Positions 24,577-32,288 of a stretch of 32,288 nucleotides of DNA are shown in pieces. Made by a program: the position numbers and the translations under genes. Under the pieces are notes generated by a model, which did not search any database, was not told the origin of the DNA, and worked only from the letters and a program-made list of their open reading frames with translations. Numbering within the stretch: the stretch's first letter is position 1; each line of letters starts with the position of its first letter. The stretch is from Gemmatimonadota bacterium (GTDB taxonomy: Bacteria; Gemmatimonadota; Gemmatimonadetes; Palauibacterales; Palauibacteraceae), in the NCBI GenBank assembly GCA_039588275.1, contig JBDHAC010000070.1, forward strand, positions 1 through 32,288, in the 5' to 3' direction.

Positions 24577-25964
24577 ATGGCGCCGCACTGCCATCCCCGC
24601 CCGCCTTCGACCTGGAGCTGAAGGGGCTCCTGACCTGCGTCCACTGCGGGCTCTGCCTCCCCGCGTGCCCCACCTATCAGGTATTGGGCGATGAGAACGA
24701 TTCTCCGCGCGGTCGTCTTTACCTGATTCGCGTGAGAATCGAGGGGCGTGAGAGCGGCCCGGGTGCGCGACGTGCGCATCTCGGACGCTGCCTCGGCTGC
24801 CGCGCGTGCGAGACCGTCTGCCCCGCTGGCGTGCCGTACGGGGCTCTCCTCGAGCGGGAGCGCGAGACGCTGCTGGAGTCTCGCCCCATGCGGGCCTGGC
24901 TGGGGCGCATGCCGCTCACCGCGCTCACGGGGCGCCTACTCGCGCCCGTCGTGTACGCTGCGCTGCGCCTGCTCCGTAGCCTGGGCGCAGCCAGTTGGGT
25001 CGGTGGGTGGGGCTCGGGCCGGGTCGGGCTGGCGGCGCGACTCCTCGATGCGACTCGACCGGGGCCCTTGTCGGCAGGCTCCTCCGGTCGGCGGCCCCGC
25101 CCGGGGCCTGCGGCGGCGGGGGCTTCGACCGACCCGGCTAGGTCCAGCAGCTACGCACTCCTCGAGGGGTGCGTGATGCGCGGGCTGTTCGGGCACGTAC
25201 ACGAGGCATCGCGCACAGCGCTGGACGCGAGTGGCTACCGCGAGACGCGCGTTACGCGACAGGGCTGTTGTGGGGCGCTCCACGCGCACGCCGGATACAT
25301 GGAGCAGGCGCGTGAGCTGGCGCGCCGCAACATCGCGGCCTTCGAGCCCGGCGGGTCGGACTACGTCGTGGCGGATGCGGCCGGGTGCGGGGCGGCGCTG
25401 CGGGATTACCCCGGTTGGCTGGCCGGTGACCCGGGTTGGGCTCCAGCCGCCGGACGGTTCGCGGCCCGGGTCCGTGACGTGATGGAGTTGCTCGCGGAGA
25501 CGCCCCGACCCCGGTCGGCACATCGGCCTGTCACCGCATCGGATCCCCGGTCACGGGGCCTCCGTTCGCCGGACCTCGCACCGAACCCCCGCTCGCCGGG
25601 GGCCGGCACGCCAAGGATCGCGTACGATGCGCCGTGCCACCTGCTTCACGCCCAACGGGTCGACTCCGCGCCGCGGGATGCGGTTCGGGCGATGGCGGGC
25701 ATCGAGATGGAGTCGCTCGAGTCCTCGACCGATTGTTGTGGCGGCGCGGGTTTGTACAACCTCTTCCACACATCGCTGTCCAACCACATCCTCGAGCGGA
25801 AGGTGGAAGAGATCCGGGCCGGCGCCTACGAGGCGGTGGCCACCGGCAACCCCGGGTGCATCATGCAGATTGGCGCGGGGCTGCGCGCCGCAGGCTCGAG
25901 GGTCCCGGTCGTACACCCGGTCCAGCTGTTGGCACTGGAGGGCGTGTGGGCCGACGAGGCGTGA
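24573..25964 (+). CDS. glcF: Glycolate oxidase Fe-S subunit GlcF-like
   Basis: CVHCGLCLPACP and CLGCRACETVCP 4Fe-4S motifs, plus two CCG domains (CCGA, CCGGAG, NPGCIMQI). Confidence 0.88.
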   Translation: MNGAALPSPPAFDLELKGLLTCVHCGLCLPACPTYQVLGDENDSPRGRLYLIRVRIEGRESGPGARRAHLGRCLGCRACETVCPAGVPYGALLERERETLLESRPMRAWLGRMPLTALTGRLLAPVVYAALRLLRSLGAASWVGGWGSGRVGLAARLLDATRPGPLSAGSSGRRPRPGPAAAGASTDPARSSSYALLEGCVMRGLFGHVHEASRTALDASGYRETRVTRQGCCGALHAHAGYMEQARELARRNIAAFEPGGSDYVVADAAGCGAALRDYPGWLAGDPGWAPAAGRFAARVRDVMELLAETPRPRSAHRPVTASDPRSRGLRSPDLAPNPRSPGAGTPRIAYDAPCHLLHAQRVDSAPRDAVRAMAGIEMESLESSTDCCGGAGLYNLFHTSLSNHILERKVEEIRAGAYEAVATGNPGCIMQIGAGLRAAGSRVPVVHPVQLLALEGVWADEA

Positions 25965-26042
25965 GCCGGCCACGCGTCGCCTCGTGAGCCGACCACGCGT
26001 CGCTTGGTGAGCCGGCCACGCGTCGCCTCGTGAGCCGACCAC
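25961..26042 (+). repeat. 23-bp tandem repeat, about 3.6 copies
   Basis: GTGAGCCG(G/A)CCACGCGTCGC(CTC/TTG) starting at 25961, 25984, 26007 and 26030. Confidence 0.92.
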
Positions 26043-26076
26043 CCATCGTTTACTGAATCACGCGAGCTTGGAGAGC

Positions 26077-26676
26077 ATGGATCGAGTTCGGCAAACCCTG
26101 GAGGAACACCGAGCCACGCTCGACGCGGTGGAAGCGCGTGGAGAGGAGATCCTTGCAGTCGGGCAACGGTTCCTCGACTGTCTCGCGGGCGGGGGCACCA
26201 TCTACTGGATGGGCAACGGCGGCAGCGCGGCCGACAGCCAGCATCTCGCAGCCGAGATCGTCGGTCGCTACGAGGGGGTCGATCGCCGGGGACTCGCCTC
26301 CATTGCCCTGACCACGGACACATCCGTGCTCACCTCGGTCGGCAACGATCTGGGGTTCGAGGCCATCTTCGCGCGACAGATCGAGGCCCTGTGCCGTGCG
26401 GGCGACGTGGTGGTGGCGATCTCGACGTCGGGGAACAGCGCCAACATTCTGGCCGGGGTCGCGGCCGCGCGGGCGCGCGCTGCGTTCACGGTCGGCCTGT
26501 GTGGCGGCGACGGGGGTGACCTGGCCCGGGAAGTCGATCTGGCGATCGTCGTTCCCTCCGAGAGCCCCGCACGCGTGCAAGAGGCTCACATCCTGATCGG
26601 CCACATCTGGTGCGCCTACGTGGATGAACACGTCCGAAGCCACGATGACGGGCGAACAGGGACCTCGCCGGGGTAG
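26077..26676 (+). CDS. gmhA: Phosphoheptose isomerase (SIS domain)
   Basis: GNGGSAADSQHLAAE, ALTTDTS, NDLGF, ISTSGNS and RVQEAHI. Confidence 0.9.
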   Translation: MDRVRQTLEEHRATLDAVEARGEEILAVGQRFLDCLAGGGTIYWMGNGGSAADSQHLAAEIVGRYEGVDRRGLASIALTTDTSVLTSVGNDLGFEAIFARQIEALCRAGDVVVAISTSGNSANILAGVAAARARAAFTVGLCGGDGGDLAREVDLAIVVPSESPARVQEAHILIGHIWCAYVDEHVRSHDDGRTGTSPG

Positions 26677-26749
26677 TTATTCCGAGTACGGTCGGGCGCT
26701 CGGCGTCATGCCGGGGCCAACCGATCTGATGTCGCGAGAAGACAGGTAG

Positions 26750-27991
26750 ATGCAAGAGTTCCAGTACTTGATAGTGGGCGGAGGGCTCGCCGCAGCCTCC
26801 GCCGTGGATGGAATCCGTGAGGTGGACCCACACGGCTCGATCGGCGTGCTCACCGACGAAGCCACGCCTCCGTATCACCGCCCCCCCCTTTCGAAGGAGT
26901 ACCTGCAAACGCCGGAGGCTCCGAGAGATCTGCTCTACGTGAAGCCCGACGGTTGGTTCGAGGAGCAGGAGGCGCTCGCGCTGCGTATGGAGGACGCGGT
27001 CGTATCGCTCGACCCTCGGATGCTGACGGTGACCACGGAATCGGGCGCGGTGTTCAAGGGCGAGAGGATCCTGCTGGCGACGGGTGGACGGCCTCGAACG
27101 CTCTCTCTGCCCGGGCCCCGACTCGAACGAGCCTTCACGCTTCGCTCGGTCGAGGATGCCGAGGCGATTCGCGACGCCGCGCGGGAGGCCCAATCGGCTC
27201 TCCTGATCGGGGCGGGCTTCGTCGGCATGGAGCTCGCCGCCTCGCTGAGGAAGTTCGATGTCGATCCGCTCGTGATCGAATACCGAGAACGTGTCTGGCC
27301 CGCGATGCTCCCCGAGGCCGTCGCCGGCTTCATCCAGGCCTACTTCGAAGAGCGCGGGGTCGTGTTTCTACTCGGGACTCGCGTCGAGGAGTTGCGAGGG
27401 AGCGAGCGCGTGGAATCGGCTATCCTGGACACGGGAGAGGAGGTCCCGTGTGATCTCGTGGTCCAGGGGGTGGGGCTCGTTCCCAACGTCGAGCTGGCCT
27501 CGGCGGCCGAGATGGCGGTCCAGGATGGCATCGTCGTGGACCAGTTCTGCGAGACCAGTCACGGACACATCTACGCGGCGGGGGATGTCGCGCGTTTCCC
27601 CGACCCGCTCTCGGGCGAGCCGACGCGCGTCGAGCACTGGGATCACGCGAAGGCGCACGGCAAGCTCGCCGGCCGCAACATGGCCGGCCAGCGCGAAGCG
27701 TACGACCACCTGTCATACTTCTTCACGAACGCCTTCGACCTGAGCATCAACGTGTTCGGCGAGCCCGCGGTATCGGATCAATCGATCGTCTCGGGCGTAC
27801 TCGGCTCGGCACGCTCCGTGGTGTACTGCGCGAGCGAAGGCCGTCTGTGTGGAACGATACTCATCAACGCGAACGACGCGTTGGATGAATGCAGGGAGCT
27901 CGTGCGACTCGGATTGACGATCGAGGAGGTGCGCGAGCGGCTGGTGCGATTCGGCGGGCCGGATGCGGAGGTCGAAGAACTCGTCGGCTAG
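26750..27991 (+). CDS. NAD(P)/FAD-dependent oxidoreductase (ferredoxin reductase-like)
   Basis: IVGGGLA, YHRPPLSKEYL, LATG, IGAGFVGME, YAAGD and RVEHW. Confidence 0.9.
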   Translation: MQEFQYLIVGGGLAAASAVDGIREVDPHGSIGVLTDEATPPYHRPPLSKEYLQTPEAPRDLLYVKPDGWFEEQEALALRMEDAVVSLDPRMLTVTTESGAVFKGERILLATGGRPRTLSLPGPRLERAFTLRSVEDAEAIRDAAREAQSALLIGAGFVGMELAASLRKFDVDPLVIEYRERVWPAMLPEAVAGFIQAYFEERGVVFLLGTRVEELRGSERVESAILDTGEEVPCDLVVQGVGLVPNVELASAAEMAVQDGIVVDQFCETSHGHIYAAGDVARFPDPLSGEPTRVEHWDHAKAHGKLAGRNMAGQREAYDHLSYFFTNAFDLSINVFGEPAVSDQSIVSGVLGSARSVVYCASEGRLCGTILINANDALDECRELVRLGLTIEEVRERLVRFGGPDAEVEELVG

Positions 27992-28069
27992 GAGCCGTGG
28001 GGCGGAAGCTCGCTTTCTTCGGGCAGCCCGGGTCACGATGGGTCACGAGCACAGGGACAAAGGAGCGAC

Positions 28070-28549
28070 ATGAGCGAGATGGGCGACAACCCCGACACGG
28101 AGCGACACGCCGACGCCGAGGAGAGCGGCGACGTCACGACCCCGGGCAGCGACGCGGCTGCCGACGTCACGGCCTCGAGCAGCGACGCGGGTGCCGACGT
28201 CACGCCTTCGAGCAGCGACGCGGGTGCCGACGTGGCCGCCGACGCGGGCTCGAGCGAGATCGTCGAGCAGGTGCGTACGGCACTGCGCGGCGTGAGTGAT
28301 CCCGAGCTCGGTCTCAGCATCGTCGACCTGGGATTAGTGTACGACGTCGAGCTCGAAGGAGAGCGGGCTCTGGTCACGATGACGCTGACAAGCCCGGGTT
28401 GCCCGGCCGGTGGTCAGATTCTCGGCGACGCCAAACGGGCCGCGGAGTCCGTTGAGGGAGTGGCGGAGGCCGAGGTAAGCCTCGTGTGGAAGCCCTTCTG
28501 GACCCCCGACCGCATCGACCCCAAGGTGCGGGCCATGATGGGGTTCTGA
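28070..28549 (+). CDS. Metal-sulfur cluster assembly factor (DUF59/SufT-like)
   Basis: DPELGLSIVDLGLVY, MTLTSPGCP and PFWTPDR, with an acidic repetitive N-terminal extension. Confidence 0.88.
   Translation: MSEMGDNPDTERHADAEESGDVTTPGSDAAADVTASSSDAGADVTPSSSDAGADVAADAGSSEIVEQVRTALRGVSDPELGLSIVDLGLVYDVELEGERALVTMTLTSPGCPAGGQILGDAKRAAESVEGVAEAEVSLVWKPFWTPDRIDPKVRAMMGF
28130..28233 (+). repeat. In-frame 33-bp tandem repeat (3 copies) in the DUF59 N terminus
   Basis: GACGTCACG...AGCGACGCGG(C/G)TGCC units at 28130, 28163 and 28196, encoding DVTxxxSDAxA. Confidence 0.85.
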
Positions 28550-28577
28550 GGGGGCGAGGAGAACGCGAGGCTGACCG

Positions 28578-29123
28578 ATGTTGCTGAGGCTGTTCCTCCT
28601 CTTCACGCTCGTCCCGCTGGTGGAGCTCATGCTCCTCATCCGGATCGGCGGGCTCATCGGGCTGCTCCCGACCCTCTTGCTGGTCGTCGCCACCGGTGCG
28701 GCCGGTGCGTGGCTGGCGCGGGCGGAGGGCCTGCGAAGCTGGATGGCCGTCCAGGGCGAGCTGGCGAAGGGGCGAATTCCCGGCGAGGAACTGGTGCACG
28801 GGATGCTCATCCTGATCGCGGGGATCGTGCTCGTGACGCCCGGGGTGCTCACCGATGTCGCGGGCCTGATCCTGCTGGTCCGCCCGATTCGAAAGTCGTT
28901 GATCCGCCGAATCCGCGAGCGCTTCACGCGGCAGCTCGAGGAGGGAGCCGTGGCCGGCCTGGGTGGTCCCTCCTTCAGCTTCCATTGGATGGGCGGTGGC
29001 GGGCCGGGGGCGGGCCCATGGACCGATGCCGACCCGGATGCGGCCAGCCGGGAGGCGGACAGGAATCGCGAGGAGCTGACCGGCGAGGGCGGCCATCGCC
29101 GTCCCCGGATCATCGAGCTGTAG
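28578..29123 (+). CDS. fxsA: FxsA-family membrane protein
   Basis: LFLLFTLVPLVELMLLI...LVTPGVLTDVAGLILL. Confidence 0.88.
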   Translation: MLLRLFLLFTLVPLVELMLLIRIGGLIGLLPTLLLVVATGAAGAWLARAEGLRSWMAVQGELAKGRIPGEELVHGMLILIAGIVLVTPGVLTDVAGLILLVRPIRKSLIRRIRERFTRQLEEGAVAGLGGPSFSFHWMGGGGPGAGPWTDADPDAASREADRNREELTGEGGHRRPRIIEL

Positions 29124-29143
29124 CCCCGCAGAGGGAGGGCTCT

Positions 29144-29695
29144 ATGTCGTTCAGACATTGGCTTGGATCGGTGTTGTTCGTCCTCCTTTGCGGTGCGGCC
29201 ACCCCACTCGTGGCTCCCGCCGCTCCGGGCGGGCCCCCGCATGACGCGGCGGCCCGCACCCCCGCTGCCTGCTTCCTGCCCCCCGAGGTCGTCGCGCTGC
29301 AATCGACGCAGAGCGCGCCGGGCGGGCGCGGGAGCATGACCCTCCTGATGAAGAATTCACCCTACGGCGTGAGCGTCGACGCCGATGGGCACTATGCCTA
29401 TGAAGTCATCGTGGAGGTCACCCGGCTCAGGCGGCGCGGGGGCGCTAGCTACGTCGTGTGGGCCGCGACGCCCGAGCTCGACCAGGTCGCGAAGCTGGGA
29501 GCGCTGGGTGATGGAAGTCGAGTCACGGGCACGGTGAGCTGGAACAAGTTCCTCGTCTTCGTGAGCGAGGAGACCTCCCCGGATGGCGAAACGTGGTCAG
29601 GGCCGATCCTGCTGACGGGTCTTTCCCCCAGCGGCCGCATGCACACCATGGCCGGCCACGGACCCTTCGAGGACGTGGATTGCCAGTACTTTTGA
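29144..29695 (+). CDS. Secreted hypothetical protein with C-terminal MHTMAGH motif
   Basis: RBS GGGAGG, ATG at 29144 and a signal peptide. The stop overlaps the TTG of the next gene. Confidence 0.75.
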   Translation: MSFRHWLGSVLFVLLCGAATPLVAPAAPGGPPHDAAARTPAACFLPPEVVALQSTQSAPGGRGSMTLLMKNSPYGVSVDADGHYAYEVIVEVTRLRRRGGASYVVWAATPELDQVAKLGALGDGSRVTGTVSWNKFLVFVSEETSPDGETWSGPILLTGLSPSGRMHTMAGHGPFEDVDCQYF

Positions 29696-31443
29696 TCCTG
29701 CGCGATCCAGGTCGTTTTCCTCGGCGCCCGGGTCTCGTACCGCTCCTGTCCGCTGTCCTGCCCTGCGCGTTTCTCCTGTTCGGCGCGGAAGCCGCGGCAC
29801 AGGAGGACCGCATGGAGGGCATGCACCGCCCGGTTCCCGACTCGGCCGGCGTGGCCTGGCGGATGCCCCCGGTCGCGATGCCGGTGCCCATGATGTTGCC
29901 GGACCTCATCGGCCTGACCCCGGATGACGAGCCGTTCCTACCGGGCGCCGACATCGATCCCATGTCGCTCACCGGCGCGGTGTTCCGACAGATCGTCGAG
30001 CTGGCGGACGGCGATACGCTTCGACTGGAGGCGGGGTTCGTCCGGCGCACCATCGGCAGTCGGACGCTCACGATGTACGCGTTCAACGGACAGTATCCCG
30101 GACCGCTGATTCGCGTCCCCCAGGGGGCGGAAGTCGTCATCCTGTTCACGAACAACATCGACCTTCCGACGACCGTCCACTGGCACGGCTTGCGACTGGA
30201 CAACCGCTTCGACGGCGTTCCGGGCGTCACGCAGGATCCGGTGATGCCGGGGGAATCGTTCGTATACCGCGTGTACTTCCCCGACGCGGGGATCTACTGG
30301 TACCACCCCCACCACCGAGAGGATATCCAGCAAGAGCTGGGGTTGTACGGCAACATGCTCGTCGACCCTCCCGACCCCGACTACCTGGGTCCGGTGAACG
30401 GCGAGGAGTACCTCATGTTGGATGACTTGCTGGTCGATGAGAGCGGGATATTCCCGTTCGGGCGCGAAGCGGCGATCCAGACGCTCATGGGACGGTTCGG
30501 CAACGTCCTGCTGGTGAACGGGGAGCCGCGTTACGAGCTGACCGTCCGTCGCGGCGAGGTCCGTCGCTTCTACCTCACGGACGTCTCGAACACGCGCACC
30601 TTCAACCTGGTGTTCAACGGCGCGCGGACGAAGCTCGTCGGCGCCGATGTGGGGAAATTCGAGCGCGAGCAGTGGGTCGACAACATCGTCCTCGCCCCCG
30701 CACAGCGGTATGTGGTGGACGTGCGGTTCGACGAGCCGGGGACGCACGCGCTCACGAACTCGATCCAGGCAATCAACCATTTCGCCGGCACCTTCGAAGC
30801 GCGCGTGGACACCCTCGGACTCGTCACGGTGCTGGACGAGGCGGCGGAGATCGATCACGGGAGCTCGTTCGAGACGCTGCGGCGGAATGACGACGTGATC
30901 TCCGAGCTGGATCGTTACCGGGGGGACTTCGGCCGTGCACCGGACCACGAATTGGAGCTCACGGTCCGCACGGGTGACCTGCCCTCGAGCATGGTCGCGG
31001 TGATGGCGCTCGATACGCTCTACTTTCCGCCCGTCGAGTGGAACGACGTGATGCCGATGATGAACTACCTCTCGACCTCGGGGAACGTCACCTGGATCCT
31101 GCGCGACCCCGCGACGGGTCTCGAGAACATGGACATCGGGTGGAGGTTCACCGTCGGCGACGTGGCCAAGATCCGCATCCACAACCGGCGTCGAGCCTTC
31201 CACCCGATGCAGCACCCGATCCACCTGCACGGCCAGCGCTTCCTGGTCCTGGCCCGGGACGGGGTGCCGAACGAGAACCTGGCGTGGAAGGACACGGTCG
31301 TGATCCCGGTCGGATCCACGTTCGATATCTTGCTGGAGGCATCGAACCCGGGACGCTGGATGGCGCACTGCCACATCGCCGAGCACCTGGACGCCGGGAT
31401 GATGATGGTGTTCACCGTCGATCCGGCCGAATCGGGCCCTTAG
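29692..31443 (+). CDS. Multicopper oxidase (CueO/laccase-like)
   Basis: TVHWHG, YWYHPH, HPIHLHG and HCHIAEHLDAGMM, with Met-rich segments. Probable TTG start at 29692. Confidence 0.92.
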   Translation: MILRDPGRFPRRPGLVPLLSAVLPCAFLLFGAEAAAQEDRMEGMHRPVPDSAGVAWRMPPVAMPVPMMLPDLIGLTPDDEPFLPGADIDPMSLTGAVFRQIVELADGDTLRLEAGFVRRTIGSRTLTMYAFNGQYPGPLIRVPQGAEVVILFTNNIDLPTTVHWHGLRLDNRFDGVPGVTQDPVMPGESFVYRVYFPDAGIYWYHPHHREDIQQELGLYGNMLVDPPDPDYLGPVNGEEYLMLDDLLVDESGIFPFGREAAIQTLMGRFGNVLLVNGEPRYELTVRRGEVRRFYLTDVSNTRTFNLVFNGARTKLVGADVGKFEREQWVDNIVLAPAQRYVVDVRFDEPGTHALTNSIQAINHFAGTFEARVDTLGLVTVLDEAAEIDHGSSFETLRRNDDVISELDRYRGDFGRAPDHELELTVRTGDLPSSMVAVMALDTLYFPPVEWNDVMPMMNYLSTSGNVTWILRDPATGLENMDIGWRFTVGDVAKIRIHNRRRAFHPMQHPIHLHGQRFLVLARDGVPNENLAWKDTVVIPVGSTFDILLEASNPGRWMAHCHIAEHLDAGMMMVFTVDPAESGP

Positions 31444-31477
31444 CCGATAGCAGACTGCTGACAACACAGGAGGCCAC

Positions 31478-32288
31478 ATGCGGATGTACGCGAGGATACT
31501 GTTCCTGACGATCGTCTACCTGCTGATCCAGTTGGCGCGAACCGACGGGGACGTCCTCGCGCAGGTCGAGGTGATGAAGCGCGGGAGCGACAACATCGAG
31601 GTCCTCGGCCACACACCGCTGGGACCGAGGCTGAGCGTGGCGGACATGGACATCGAGCAGGAGCTCAGCCGCCCGTACGCGTACGTCGCGCGCATGGTCT
31701 ACGGTGACGTAGGTCCCAAGGGGCTCGACATCGTATCGATCGCGGACCCGACGGCGCCCGAGGTCATCTACGAGTGGCGGATCGAGAACCAGGACCTCCA
31801 CCAGCGAACCGGCGGGATGGACGTCAAGCACTTCAAGTGGAGGGATCGCTACTACGTGGTCCAGTCGCTGCAGTTCGGGCAGGGCGGACCGGACACCGAC
31901 CTGGGGGCGGTCGTTCTGGACGTCACCGGCCTGCCCGACGCCTCGAAGGTGAGGGAGGTCGCGCGCATCCGGGAGCCCGAGCTGCCCGGCGGATTCCACA
32001 ACATCTTCGTCTACAAGCACTCGAACGGCCGCGTATACCTGTTCAGCACGGTCTCGGGGCCGTTCGCTGCCGTGTACGACCTGGGGATGGTGGTCGAGGG
32101 CGATGTAGAGACGGCGCGCGTCGCGCAGGTCCCCGTGCCGGAGCAGGGTGGCGAGACCGGGACTCGCCGCCGCGGCTATCACGACTTCTACGTGGGCTTT
32201 CACCACGAGACGGGGACCGACCGGTTTTATGGCGGAGGGACCGGCGGCTACTACATCTACGACGTCACCGATCTCCGGAGCCCGCAGC
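31478..32288 (+). CDS. Secreted LVIVD-repeat-like beta-propeller protein, truncated by the window end
   Basis: Not in the ORF track because it has no stop. RBS CAGGAGG, ATG 31478: MRMYARILFLTIVYLLIQLA...YAYVARM...GLDIVSIADPTAP...GGFHNIFVY...GYHDFYV...YYIYDVTD, open to the end. Confidence 0.75.
   Translation, partial: MRMYARILFLTIVYLLIQLARTDGDVLAQVEVMKRGSDNIEVLGHTPLGPRLSVADMDIEQELSRPYAYVARMVYGDVGPKGLDIVSIADPTAPEVIYEWRIENQDLHQRTGGMDVKHFKWRDRYYVVQSLQFGQGGPDTDLGAVVLDVTGLPDASKVREVARIREPELPGGFHNIFVYKHSNGRVYLFSTVSGPFAAVYDLGMVVEGDVETARVAQVPVPEQGGETGTRRRGYHDFYVGFHHETGTDRFYGGGTGGYYIYDVTDLRSPQ

Noticed and set aside
25961..26042. CRISPR array
   Set aside because: The units are contiguous with no unique spacers, and there are no cas genes.

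Overview
High-GC bacterial DNA; the gene content is Gemmatimonadota-like, which is an inference. The window has three parts. (1) 1-19145 is an accessory region downstream of a tRNA operon. It holds a SAM methyltransferase, an ArsR regulator with a Cys-rich small protein, a secreted erythromycin-esterase-family gene, two multicopper oxidases with a TonB-dependent receptor, and a compact satellite-like integrative element (RHH protein, disrupted DUF3631-like P-loop protein, excisionase-like HTH, XRE, tyrosine integrase). Five co-oriented tRNA 3'-half fragments punctuate this region: three tRNA-Pro(GGG) halves carrying an identical 45-nt structured insert in the T-loop, one Ala/Pro chimera and one Arg(ACG) half. 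All five share the core ACCTCCTGA, and three sit next to 11-bp-spaced direct-repeat pairs. This suggests a tRNA-derived att-site/cassette array and is the most unusual signal here. (2) 19146-20319 is a minus-strand operon of nine tRNAs with a clear sigma70 promoter. (3) 20434-32288 contains core-like genes: glcD/E/F-like, a PduO-type adenosyltransferase, gmhA, a ferredoxin reductase, a DUF59 protein, fxsA, a copper-oxidase cluster and a truncated LVIVD-like protein. All calls were made by eye from motifs; no database searches were run.
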